In this document: in pieces, positions 40,971 to 49,654 of the stretch
Position numbering within the stretch: position 1 is the first letter of the stretch
How the letters are laid out: every line of letters begins with the position of its first letter
Virus record (IMG/VR): IMGVR_UViG_3300025357_000008
Location: 96,001-160,000 of that record
Direction: 5' to 3' (one strand)
Length of the DNA stretch: 64,000 nucleotides
DNA from: a virus
Lineage: Duplodnaviria > Caudoviricetes
Position numbers and translations under genes: made by a program
The notes under the pieces: model-generated
What the model saw: the letters and a program-made list of their open reading frames with translations, nothing else
What the model was told of the DNA's origin: nothing
Database searches by the model: none

Positions 40971-42550
40971 TGACACAATATTATTATGAAAAGAATCAAA
41001 AACTACTTGATTCTAATGTGAATGTGACGTTTGATGATGTCTTAAAGATGACTACTGACGAATTTCGTCAATGGGTTATAAATCTACGCAAGACTGTTGT
41101 AGACCTATGGGACAACGAAAACTTGCCTCCTAGAGTAGGCTACAACAAGAAAGAAATTATCAAACAGTTTGCAGAGATGCCAACGTTTCCGGTTCACAAG
41201 TTTTTAGTTAAAGACCAGCTAACAGGCGAACTAGACGTAATCAGAAACACAAGTAATGTCGGTAATGCAGTCAATCAATGGTTTCCTACCATGATGAAGA
41301 CACGTATTAACTACACAAAGAATGATGATGGTAAGTCTATCTATGATTATTTTGCTAAACCTGAACTATTAGATACATTTGTAACGTATGCGACAAGACA
41401 CTTTAAACGTGATTCGTTCTATCATTATTCACTTGTAGTCAAATCAGAAGATACCGAAAATACTGGTAGTCTTCCTATATCGTCAACAGGTAAAGAATGG
41501 ATACAAGAGTTCGAGCAGACATTTAGAAAACAAGGTAAGTTTGATTACTGGTTACAATCTAAAGATATAACTGCCGGTTATGATGGCTACAGCGAAGAAC
41601 TGAAGAACACAAAATTTCTTTCTATAAGTAAAGCAGAAATTGAAGAACTCGGTGACCTCATACCAGAACTTTGTAAATCAAATCTTAACTTTGACAAGTC
41701 AGAACATGCCGTCATTAGATACTATCAGCACGGTCAGAAACTGTTTCCAATAGGTTTAAAAGCGTTCAGAGTATCTTTCTGTCAGTATGCTGTAAACTTC
41801 CCGCCATTGACAGCCAAATACTTGTATGAACGTTTTACAGATTCATTTAAAGACCAGGAATTGATTAAAATCTACGATCCATCTTCAGGATGGGCAGGAA
41901 GACTTCTTGGTGCGATGAGTGTCAAAGATGATAGAAACGTTTTGTATATCGGTACTGATCCTAATACCGACCACACAACGACAACCGGTAGAACTAAGTA
42001 TGATGAAATTGCAGACTTCTACCGCAAGAACGTTAAGAAAGGTGGTTTGTTTTCCCATCAAGTACAACAAACTAAAACTGAAATATACCAGTTAGGTTCA
42101 GAAGTCATTCAGTTTAACGAAGACTTTCAGAAACACAAAGGTACAATTGATTTAATCTTTACTTCACCACCATACTTTGCAAAAGAAGCGTATTCAGAAG
42201 ACCCTGAGCAGTCTTATAAAAAGTTCGGTCAGTATGATGAATGGCGAGAAGGCTTTTTACGTCCTACATTAGAAACTGCCGTTGCATGGTTGAAGAACGA
42301 CAGATACATTCTATGGAACATTGCAGATGCCGTATTCGGTGGTGATATGTTGCCGTTAGAAAAAGATAGTCAAGACATACTAGAATCATTAGGTATGGTC
42401 TATAAAGGTAAGATTAAAATGGCTCTTGCACAGATGCCAGGTGGGAATCGTGTTGATTCGGAAACAGGATTACCCAAAGCAAAGAATTTCTGTAAGGTGA
42501 ATGGTATGTGGTTAAAGTATGAACCGGTATTTGTGTTCTACAAACCTTAA
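40970..42550 (+). CDS. putative DNA amino-methyltransferase (m4C/m6A)
   Basis: DPSSGWAG (SAM-binding motif I) followed by DLIFTSPPYF (motif IV); long N-terminal region. Confidence 0.75.
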   Translation: MTQYYYEKNQKLLDSNVNVTFDDVLKMTTDEFRQWVINLRKTVVDLWDNENLPPRVGYNKKEIIKQFAEMPTFPVHKFLVKDQLTGELDVIRNTSNVGNAVNQWFPTMMKTRINYTKNDDGKSIYDYFAKPELLDTFVTYATRHFKRDSFYHYSLVVKSEDTENTGSLPISSTGKEWIQEFEQTFRKQGKFDYWLQSKDITAGYDGYSEELKNTKFLSISKAEIEELGDLIPELCKSNLNFDKSEHAVIRYYQHGQKLFPIGLKAFRVSFCQYAVNFPPLTAKYLYERFTDSFKDQELIKIYDPSSGWAGRLLGAMSVKDDRNVLYIGTDPNTDHTTTTGRTKYDEIADFYRKNVKKGGLFSHQVQQTKTEIYQLGSEVIQFNEDFQKHKGTIDLIFTSPPYFAKEAYSEDPEQSYKKFGQYDEWREGFLRPTLETAVAWLKNDRYILWNIADAVFGGDMLPLEKDSQDILESLGMVYKGKIKMALAQMPGGNRVDSETGLPKAKNFCKVNGMWLKYEPVFVFYKP

Positions 42551-42567
42551 GTGTACCGCAGAAATCG

Positions 42568-42596
42568 TTGACAAAAGTATTAAATAGTAGTATAAT
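42568..42596 (+). promoter_or_regulatory. sigma70 consensus promoter
   Basis: TTGACA-17-TATAAT. Confidence 0.8.
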
Positions 42597-42648
42597 TGTC
42601 ATACTCAAGTAATTGAGCTTTATTGTTATTTTTATTATAGGAGTTAGA

Positions 42649-42936
42649 ATGACTACATTATCAGCAAAACAAAAAATGTTGCAAGCATTGAAAAACGAGC
42701 AAACTTTTACAGTTGCACAAGCAAGAGCCCGTTTCGGTGTTGCAAACGTTCCAGCACGTATTGAAGAACTTCGCAAAGAAGGTCATTGCATCTACACAGG
42801 TAGACGCCGTAATAGTGAAGGTAAACGTGTTAACTATTACACAATGGGACCAGCAACTAAGTCTCTAGTGCAGTATGCTTTGGCTGCCGGCTATTCTTTT
42901 AGCCGCCGTCACAATGGTAACCCATTGACAGCCTAA
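42649..42936 (+). CDS. small winged helix-turn-helix protein (start moved to ATG 42649)
   Basis: FTVAQARARFGVANVPARIEELRKEGHCIY; RBS AGGAG. Confidence 0.7.
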   Translation: MTTLSAKQKMLQALKNEQTFTVAQARARFGVANVPARIEELRKEGHCIYTGRRRNSEGKRVNYYTMGPATKSLVQYALAAGYSFSRRHNGNPLTA

Positions 42937-42942
42937 GTTCGT

Positions 42943-42967
42943 AGGATGCCTTCGGGCATCCTTTTTT
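42943..42967 (+). terminator. intrinsic terminator
   Basis: AGGATGCC-TTCG-GGCATCCT-TTTTT. Confidence 0.88.
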
Positions 42968-42983
42968 ATTATTTGGAGAGCAA

Positions 42984-43781
42984 ATGGAAATTTCAATAAA
43001 AAAAGAAGAGTTACAAAAAAAGAGTCTATTTGTAGCCACACCTATGTACGGTGGAAACAATCACGGGTTGTATGCTAAAGCCTGTTTAGACTTGCAAGCG
43101 ATTTGTATGCAGTATGGAATTCGAATTAAGTTTTCGTTTCTCTTCAATGAATCCTTAATTACTCGTGCTAGAAATTATCTTGTTGATGAATTCTTGCATC
43201 GTTCAGACTGTTCACATCTATTATTCTTAGATGCCGATATTCACTTTAACCCACAAGACGTTATTGCTATGTTAGCAATCGACAAAGAAGTTATTGGTGC
43301 ACCATATCCTAAGAAAGCAATCAAGTGGCGTTCAGTTGCAAAAGCACTTGAAAGAAACCCAAAGATAGAGCCACAAATGTTAGAGAACGTTACTGGTGAC
43401 TATGTTTTTAACCCAGTAAAAGGTACTGCACAGTTTAACGTAACAGAGCCTTTAGAAGTTATGGAAATTGGTACTGGCTTTATGATGGTTAAACGTGAAG
43501 TATTCCCTAAGTGGGAACTTGCATATCCAGAGTTTCGCTATAAGCCAGACCACGTTGGTCAAGCACACTTTGACGGTACTCGTTACATTCACGCATATTT
43601 CGATACAGTTATTGACGAGAAATCTGAAAGATATCTATCAGAAGATTATATGTTCTGTCAATGGTGGAGAAACATCGGTGGTAAAATCTGGTTATGTCCA
43701 TGGATGAAAACAGACCATATCGGTACTTATCACTTTAAAGGTGACATGCCAGCAGTCGCTAACTTTGTTGGAGAACTGTAA
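42984..43781 (+). CDS. glycosyltransferase-like protein (GT-A fold)
   Basis: VATPMYGG, ESLITRARN, LLFLDAD (DxD), GTGFM, SEDY.FC. Confidence 0.75.
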   Translation: MEISIKKEELQKKSLFVATPMYGGNNHGLYAKACLDLQAICMQYGIRIKFSFLFNESLITRARNYLVDEFLHRSDCSHLLFLDADIHFNPQDVIAMLAIDKEVIGAPYPKKAIKWRSVAKALERNPKIEPQMLENVTGDYVFNPVKGTAQFNVTEPLEVMEIGTGFMMVKREVFPKWELAYPEFRYKPDHVGQAHFDGTRYIHAYFDTVIDEKSERYLSEDYMFCQWWRNIGGKIWLCPWMKTDHIGTYHFKGDMPAVANFVGEL

Positions 43782-44140
43782 TGCAAACCGCCATTGATGT
43801 TGTAAAGGCTTCTCAAACAGCAACAACTGGCGGTCGTAAGTTTGATGGTAATAAACTAGAATATGGTTTGTTACCGCCTCTTGCCCTAAAAGAAGTTGTG
43901 AAAGTTCTTACTTTCGGTGCACAGAAGTATGAAAGAGATAACTGGAAACATGTACCGGATTCTAAGCGCAGATACTTTGATGCAATGGAACGACATATAT
44001 GGGCATGGAAAGAAGGTGAACAACTTGACCCCGAAACTGGTATGAATCATTTAGCACACGCAATGTGTTGTTTAATGTTTTTATACGAACATGACGTTAA
44101 ATATTCCCTTGACACAACACATGAAAAAGGCTATAATTAA
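43781..44140 (+). CDS. dATP/dGTP diphosphohydrolase N-terminal domain protein (DUF5664-like)
   Basis: KFDGNK...LLP...VLTFGAQKY..DNW...RH...DPETG..HLAHA.CC..FL. Confidence 0.8.
   Translation: MQTAIDVVKASQTATTGGRKFDGNKLEYGLLPPLALKEVVKVLTFGAQKYERDNWKHVPDSKRRYFDAMERHIWAWKEGEQLDPETGMNHLAHAMCCLMFLYEHDVKYSLDTTHEKGYN
44109..44137 (+). promoter_or_regulatory. sigma70 consensus promoter for the g45 operon
   Basis: TTGACA-17-TATAAT. Confidence 0.8.
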
Positions 44141-44161
44141 CTTTTACATTATGGAGAACAA

Positions 44162-44821
44162 ATGAAATTATCAAACGAAACAATAGATACCTTAAAGCAT
44201 CTCGCTGGTATCAATCAGAACATTGAGTTCAAGAAAGGTAAAGTACTTAAAACTGTTTCACCTTTGAAGAACATCATGGTCAAAACAACAGTCAAAGATG
44301 ACTTCCCCGAAGATTTTTGCATCTATGATTTGAATGAGTTCTTAACAGTACATACATTGTACAAAGATACTGAACTTGATTTCAAAGGTAATGATGTAGT
44401 TTTCAAGAGTGCATCTACGAAAAGCAAAATCACATATCGCAAAGCAGAAAAGAACAATATCGTTTGTGCACCGGACGGTGATTTAGAGATTGAAGAAACT
44501 CTTGCAGAAGTAACTCTGACAGAAGATAATCTAAACTCAATTATCAAAAGCGCACATGTCTTAAAACACGATTCAATTACAATCGAATCTGACGGTAAGA
44601 AAGTATATGCTACTTCTTATGAAGAAAAGAATGATGCCTCACATATCAATAAGATTGAAATTAGTACATATGAAGGTGATGCATTTAAAGCAACATTCAA
44701 AACAGAGAATCTTAAATTGATTCCTGGTAAATATGATGTTATCTTCAGCGAAAACTTTGCCCAATTCACTAACTCTGCAATTGATTTAGTTTATTGGATT
44801 ACACTTGAATCTTGGGAGTAA
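44162..44821 (+). CDS. gp45: sliding clamp gp45
   Basis: MKLS.ETI..LK...INQ, FCIYDLNEFL, NLKLIPGKYDV, YWI.LE. Confidence 0.92.
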   Translation: MKLSNETIDTLKHLAGINQNIEFKKGKVLKTVSPLKNIMVKTTVKDDFPEDFCIYDLNEFLTVHTLYKDTELDFKGNDVVFKSASTKSKITYRKAEKNNIVCAPDGDLEIEETLAEVTLTEDNLNSIIKSAHVLKHDSITIESDGKKVYATSYEEKNDASHINKIEISTYEGDAFKATFKTENLKLIPGKYDVIFSENFAQFTNSAIDLVYWITLESWE

Positions 44822-44823
44822 TT

Positions 44824-45102
44824 ATGTCATTAAAAGTAAATACGTTATACGGTACATTCGATGAAGAACAACTCAAAGACCTAAAAGGTAACATTGAAGA
44901 GATTGTTCTTTGTATGACAAAAGTACAAGCAATTAATGAATCTATTTCAGATATTGTTAACTTGACATTTGATTCTACAAAGATTCCTAAGAAAATCATC
45001 AAGAAAATGGCAAAAGTAAAGTTCAAACAAAACTTTAGTGCAGAAGTTGCAGAGAGTGCAGAGTTTGAAACACTTTACGGTGCTGTGCAGGAAGTAAAAT
45101 GA
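44824..45102 (+). CDS. small dsDNA-binding protein, T4 DsbA-like
   Basis: IPKKIIKKMAK...F..E......FETLY pattern. Confidence 0.5.
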   Translation: MSLKVNTLYGTFDEEQLKDLKGNIEEIVLCMTKVQAINESISDIVNLTFDSTKIPKKIIKKMAKVKFKQNFSAEVAESAEFETLYGAVQEVK

Positions 45103-45440
45103 GTCGTAGAACTTTCTTAAGAAGTTTCGGTTTGCTAGGGGTAGCAGTTGCGGGAGCATCTGCCGCCATGGCAAATACAACTCCTGTTGTTATACCTACA
45201 CCTGAGCCAATAAAGAAAGATTTTGCACACCTTGCACCTGAAGGTGATGTTACTGGCATACTAACTCTTGCGGCTGATAATAGAGCACGACAAGAAAAAG
45301 AAGCACAATCTAACATGGGTGGTATGTATATTATACCTAGTTTCAATCCTACGAATCAAGTATCTATGACGGTTGGTAAAGATGATAGATTGTGGCTTAA
45401 AATTGGTGATAAGTGGAAACGTGTAGCACTTGATGCTTAA
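45099..45440 (+). CDS. Tat-signal exported protein
   Basis: MSRRTFLR, hydrophobic stretch, AMA cleavage site. Confidence 0.65.
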   Translation: MSRRTFLRSFGLLGVAVAGASAAMANTTPVVIPTPEPIKKDFAHLAPEGDVTGILTLAADNRARQEKEAQSNMGGMYIIPSFNPTNQVSMTVGKDDRLWLKIGDKWKRVALDA

Positions 45441-45469
45441 TTTTTTATATTATATTATGGAGTATTTGA

Positions 45470-46405
45470 ATGAAAGACCACATGTTATGGGTGGAGAAGT
45501 ATCGCCCACATAAAATTGAAGATTGTATCCTACATCCTTCAATCAAAGAAACTTTTCAACAATATGTAAAAGACGGTAAGATTCCTAATCTGCTACTTGC
45601 TGGCGGTCCTGGTATCGGTAAGACAACTGTTGCAAGAGCCTTGTGTGATGAAGTCGGTTGTGATTACCTAGTTATCAACGGTTCAGACGAATCCGGTATT
45701 GATACTTTCAGAACTAAAATAAAACACTACGCATCCTCGATGAGTTTTGGGGGTGGGCGCAAGGTTATCATCATAGATGAGGCTGACTATCTAAACCCAA
45801 ATTCAACTCAGCCAGCGTTGCGTGGTGCAATGGAAGAGTTCTCTAAGAACTGTTCTTTCATCTTCACATGTAACTATAAGAATCGTATCATTGCACCGTT
45901 ACATTCTAGATGTGCAGTAGTTGACTTTAAGACTAACGGTTCTAAGAAAGAACTAGCAACACAATTCTTTAAACGAGTTGAATATATACTCGATGAAGAA
46001 AACATATCATTCAAGAAACCTGTAGTTGCCGCTTTAGTTGCAAAATACTTTCCTGACAATCGTAGAATTCTAAATGAATTACAAAGATATTCTGCCGGTG
46101 GAACTATTGACGAAGGTATCTTATCTTCTGTAGGCGAACTTCAGTTAGCTGAACTTATCAAAGCGTTCAAAGAAAAAGACTTTGGTGGTGTTCGTAAATG
46201 GGTTATTGGTAACTTAGATAATGACCCAACACGTATCTTTAGAACAATCTACGATACATTGTATGATGAATTGAAACCTAATTCTGTACCAGAACTTGTT
46301 CTAATTCTTGCAAAGTATCAATATCAAGCGGCATTTGTTGCAGACCATGAGATTAATCTGATGGCTTGTTTTACCGAAATTATGATTAACATGGAATTTA
46401 AATAG
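45470..46405 (+). CDS. gp44: clamp loader large subunit gp44
   Basis: LWVEKYRP, GPGIGKTT, IIDEAD, HSRC. Confidence 0.96.
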   Translation: MKDHMLWVEKYRPHKIEDCILHPSIKETFQQYVKDGKIPNLLLAGGPGIGKTTVARALCDEVGCDYLVINGSDESGIDTFRTKIKHYASSMSFGGGRKVIIIDEADYLNPNSTQPALRGAMEEFSKNCSFIFTCNYKNRIIAPLHSRCAVVDFKTNGSKKELATQFFKRVEYILDEENISFKKPVVAALVAKYFPDNRRILNELQRYSAGGTIDEGILSSVGELQLAELIKAFKEKDFGGVRKWVIGNLDNDPTRIFRTIYDTLYDELKPNSVPELVLILAKYQYQAAFVADHEINLMACFTEIMINMEFK

Positions 46406-46417
46406 GAGGAATATATC

Positions 46418-47560
46418 ATGGTACAATCAACATCCAAATTTAGAAAAGAACTAGCAATTTCTCAAGAGCCAGTAAAAGACTTGAAAATTATTGGTAAATA
46501 TACTTATCAAAAAACAATAGATACTGATTTTTGGTTATCTATGAAAGTAACTCCAGTTCAAAGAAATACTGAAGAAAGACTTAAGAAACCAGAAATACTT
46601 GAAAATTTAAGTACTCTTCGGCCTTGTCATTTGCATGTTGCGGTGGGTATTTTAACAAAAAATTCAGAATATCTAGGAACAAAATATAACAAAGGTCAAG
46701 TTTTTCTAATAGATGGGTGCACAAGGCAATTAGCACAACACCGTGGACTCGTTGATGCACGACCTGAACATATCTATGCTTCAGTTTATGAAGCTGAGAC
46801 CATAGAAAAAATGGAAGAAATTTATCGTACATATGATAATAAAATAGCAGTTGAAACCACTCAAGACACAGCAAGCGGCATTTTAAGAGCAATTGGTTAC
46901 GAAGCAAAGAGCAGTAAAATTAAAAATGGTAAATTTATATCTGCTCTTAAAGTCGTTAATGATATTCACTTCGGAATAAAAAAACCATTAAACAAGGATC
47001 ATGCATTAAGAGATGCAATTGTTGAATTTATCAATGAATTTGTAATTGTTGACAATATTATATCCATTAAGAAGAAGGTTTGGGAAGGTGACCATGGTCT
47101 TCTAGCCGCCGCTCTAATGGCATATAGAACATATGCAAATACCGACAAGAGAGACAAAGTAGACCAGTTTTTTACAGATATCGCTCTTGGGAATTCCGGT
47201 GTTTGTGTAGAAGGTGTAACAGACGGTATTACTTTTGCTATCAAAGAACTTGAAACACACAAAGAAATTCCAAAAACTGCCGGTGAATGGAACAAAGGCG
47301 AAACAATGAGAAAGAGGATTTCTCATATATTATATTGCTTAGAACAACATTTAAAAGGTAAGAAGTTTAAACAGCTTGGTGGTGGTTGGGAAAAAGTTGC
47401 TAACGAATGGTTCTCAAAGCAAGACGCCATAGTAAGGAATGTACATTTAAACACTAATATGGTAGCAATGTTTAACCTACAAACTGAAGATGCCAAGTCT
47501 AAAAGAGCAAAAAATTTAGTTCAATTTATAAAGGACAAATCAAAAAAGAATTCAGTCTGA
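46418..47560 (+). CDS. hypothetical protein, possibly ParB/DGQHR-like N-terminus
   Basis: QR near the N-terminus and LIDGCTR; RBS GGAGG; inserted between g44 and g62. Confidence 0.5.
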   Translation: MVQSTSKFRKELAISQEPVKDLKIIGKYTYQKTIDTDFWLSMKVTPVQRNTEERLKKPEILENLSTLRPCHLHVAVGILTKNSEYLGTKYNKGQVFLIDGCTRQLAQHRGLVDARPEHIYASVYEAETIEKMEEIYRTYDNKIAVETTQDTASGILRAIGYEAKSSKIKNGKFISALKVVNDIHFGIKKPLNKDHALRDAIVEFINEFVIVDNIISIKKKVWEGDHGLLAAALMAYRTYANTDKRDKVDQFFTDIALGNSGVCVEGVTDGITFAIKELETHKEIPKTAGEWNKGETMRKRISHILYCLEQHLKGKKFKQLGGGWEKVANEWFSKQDAIVRNVHLNTNMVAMFNLQTEDAKSKRAKNLVQFIKDKSKKNSV

Positions 47561-47605
47561 AGATTACATTTGTTGAAAATAAAAAATATATTATGAGGTT
47601 TTGAA

Positions 47606-47995
47606 ATGCCGGACATGTTTAAGGAGATTATACCCTCCATACTTCAAACTAAGAAATGTGTAATAAATGACGAAGTAGACCGTAAGGATTATAAGTCATT
47701 TATCATTAATCGTTCTCTGTCTTATCACAGCGATTGCGTATTGTTTGTCAATGAAATCAACAAGTTCCCTGAACTTGATGTGGATATGCAATACCAGTAT
47801 CTTCTAAATACCATCAGACCTATGAAACGAAAATTTCAACCGTGGCAAAAGTCTGATAAAGAAAAGAATATTGATGTAGTGAAAGAGTTCTTTGGCTACT
47901 CAAATGCTAAGGCCAAAGAGGCTTTACGTATTCTTACCGATGAGCAAATCGCTGAAATAAAAATAAGAATAGATAAAGGCGGAATGAAAAAATGA
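47606..47995 (+). CDS. gp62: clamp loader small subunit gp62
   Basis: Y..FIINRSLSY, QY.YLLN.IRP.KR, FGYSNAKA.EAL.IL. Confidence 0.92.
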   Translation: MPDMFKEIIPSILQTKKCVINDEVDRKDYKSFIINRSLSYHSDCVLFVNEINKFPELDVDMQYQYLLNTIRPMKRKFQPWQKSDKEKNIDVVKEFFGYSNAKAKEALRILTDEQIAEIKIRIDKGGMKK

Positions 47996-48399
47996 TTAAT
48001 ATTACCGATTTAGTTGAGGTGACTTTGAATGAAAAAGATGATTTTCTCAAAGTCAGAGAGACTCTAACTCGTATCGGTGTAGCATCCAAAAAAGACAGAA
48101 CACTATACCAATCTTGTCATATCCTGCACAAGAAAGGTCTTTACTACTTAGTTCACTTCAAAGAACTATTTGCACTTGATGGAAAGCCTACCGATATCAC
48201 AGAAAACGATTTATCTCGTAGGAACGCTATTGCAAACCTATTAGAAGATTGGGGTCTGATTAAGATAGTCAAAAAAGAACAAACAGCAACACCAGAGCCA
48301 ATCTTTTTGTCACAAGTCAAAATTCTGTCTCACAAAGAGAAGAATGAGTGGCAATTAGTACCGAAATATAATATCGGTAAAAAACCTCAAAAGGATTGA
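47992..48399 (+). CDS. regA: translational repressor RegA
   Basis: DDFLKVRETLTRIGVAS, LYQSCHILHK, VHFKELF.LDG. Confidence 0.97.
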   Translation: MINITDLVEVTLNEKDDFLKVRETLTRIGVASKKDRTLYQSCHILHKKGLYYLVHFKELFALDGKPTDITENDLSRRNAIANLLEDWGLIKIVKKEQTATPEPIFLSQVKILSHKEKNEWQLVPKYNIGKKPQKD

Positions 48400-48424
48400 C
48401 ATCTAGTATAAATACTAATATAAT
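48396..48424 (+). promoter_or_regulatory. nested early and late promoter for hsp20
   Basis: TTGACA-17-TATAAT with TATAAATA (48407-48414) inside the spacer. Confidence 0.75.
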
Positions 48425-48484
48425 TATGTGTCGTGCTAATTCTAGGCGACAATTTTTTAAACTTGCTTTTTTAAGGAGAAAACT

Positions 48485-48934
48485 ATGCTATCACTAGCAG
48501 ATATTAAATCGTTTCAAAAATCTTTTGACCCATTCGCTGTGGGCTTTTTTGATGACTTACACGGTCTTGCCCAACTAGCGGCAAAAAACCTCCCCAAATA
48601 TCCACCATACAATATCAAACAAGTTGACGATAACAAATTCGTCATCGAGATGGCAGTCGCCGGATTCTCAAAACAAGATATTGAAGTGACACTCAAAGGA
48701 AACTCTTTGGTTGTTAATGGTAATATCAATGACAATAAAGATGCTGAAGTTAAGGATCAATACCTTTATAAAGGAATTGCTGACAGAGCCTTCACGCACG
48801 AGTTCAAGATTGCCGATAAGGTTGAAATCAAGAACGCTGAAATGGTCAACGGTATGTTGAAAATTTGGTTAGAGAATATGGTAAAAGCACAAGATGCGGT
48901 CAAGAAAATAACCATAAATACCAAAGATGAATAA
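48485..48934 (+). CDS. small heat shock protein Hsp20 (IbpA-like)
   Basis: YPPYNI, IEMAVAGF, YLYKGIA.R.F, NGML.I. Confidence 0.93.
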   Translation: MLSLADIKSFQKSFDPFAVGFFDDLHGLAQLAAKNLPKYPPYNIKQVDDNKFVIEMAVAGFSKQDIEVTLKGNSLVVNGNINDNKDAEVKDQYLYKGIADRAFTHEFKIADKVEIKNAEMVNGMLKIWLENMVKAQDAVKKITINTKDE

Positions 48935-49004
48935 CTACTGGCCCGTATCAGACGAAGAATGGGAACGTCTAAATTACCCTGAGAAGTTCCAAAACAAGAA
49001 GTAA
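48927..49004 (+). CDS. 25-aa small ORF MNNYWPVSDEEWERLNYPEKFQNKK
   Basis: ATG overlaps the hsp20 end; CATAAATA at 48913 just upstream; ends before the terminator. Confidence 0.45.
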   Translation: MNNYWPVSDEEWERLNYPEKFQNKK

Positions 49005-49025
49005 TTCCTGTTGCGGAAAAACAAC

Positions 49026-49052
49026 AAGGGGTCTTGACAGACCCCTTTTTTT
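49026..49052 (+). terminator. intrinsic terminator whose loop is a -35 box
   Basis: AAGGGGTC-TTGACA-GACCCCTT-TTTTT. Confidence 0.8.
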
Positions 49053-49062
49053 ATAGTAGAAT
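49034..49062 (+). promoter_or_regulatory. sigma70-type promoter P1
   Basis: TTGACA-17-TAGAAT; predicted TSS near ATG 49069. Confidence 0.7.
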
Positions 49063-49068
49063 ACAACC

Positions 49069-49272
49069 ATGAAAACGAATAAACCAATTCTAATTGAACT
49101 GCGTTCGCTAACGAACACAAAGCAAACTTACTGGACTTACTCTAATTGGGAAGAGAAAGAGATAGACGGTGAGATGTTTACTCCTGTTACAAAGTTTATG
49201 CCTAATCAAAAACATAATACTGAATTGCATTATGTTAGGTCAAACAGTTTGGAAAAGATACGAGAGTTTTAA
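49069..49272 (+). CDS. hypothetical protein (67 aa), probably leaderless
   Basis: ORF directly after P1 with no RBS. Confidence 0.6.
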   Translation: MKTNKPILIELRSLTNTKQTYWTYSNWEEKEIDGEMFTPVTKFMPNQKHNTELHYVRSNSLEKIREF

Positions 49273-49275
49273 TTT

Positions 49276-49350
49276 CTGGCGTTCGTTCAATGGATAGGAC
49301 AGGATTCTTCTAAAGTCTTAATAGAGGTTCGATTCCTCTACGCCGGACCA
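49276..49350 (+). tRNA. tRNA-Arg(UCU)
   Basis: Cloverleaf, anticodon loop CT-TCT-AA, encoded CCA. Confidence 0.92.
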
Positions 49351-49351
49351 A

Positions 49352-49426
49352 CCTGGTATAGCATAGTGGTAGTGCCGAGAACTCATAATTCTTACGGGAA
49401 AGGTTCGAATCCTTTTGCCAGGACCA
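49352..49426 (+). tRNA. tRNA with CAU anticodon (Met or lysidine-Ile2)
   Basis: CCTGGTA/TGCCAGG acceptor, loop CT-CAT-AA, CCA. Confidence 0.88.
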
Positions 49427-49467
49427 TTTATTTTCGGTAATGATGTAGTAAAAACACAACAAATGTA

Positions 49468-49496
49468 TTGACAAGAATTAAAAATTGCTATATAAT
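49468..49496 (+). promoter_or_regulatory. sigma70 consensus promoter P2, upstream of the leader ORF and main tRNA array
   Basis: TTGACA-17-TATAAT, perfect consensus. Confidence 0.88.
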
Positions 49497-49531
49497 AGAG
49501 ACTTATTAAATTAATTAAGAAAGAAATAAAA

Positions 49532-49621
49532 ATGTTTACGAAACCGACATCCCATATAAGTTATCGCACAGAGATTTGCGATAATCAATCATGGGCCTTC
49601 CCAAAAGGGGTTTCTGTATAA
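49532..49621 (+). CDS. putative attenuator leader peptide MFTKPTSHISYRTEICDNQSWAFPKGVSV
   Basis: ATG after purine-rich AAGAAAGA; 19 of 20 amino acids; 3' end complementary to the terminator arm. Confidence 0.7.
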   Translation: MFTKPTSHISYRTEICDNQSWAFPKGVSV

Positions 49622-49654
49622 GTTTTTAATCTAAGAGATTATACACAAACCCCT
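49606..49654 (+). promoter_or_regulatory. putative antiterminator hairpin
   Basis: AGGGGTTTCTGTATAA(49606-49621) pairs 15/16 with TTATACACAAACCCCT(49639-49654). Confidence 0.75.

Noticed and set aside
43781-44140. 2-aminoadenine (Z) genome pathway
   Set aside because: A DUF5664-like gene alone is insufficient; no purZ is present in the window.
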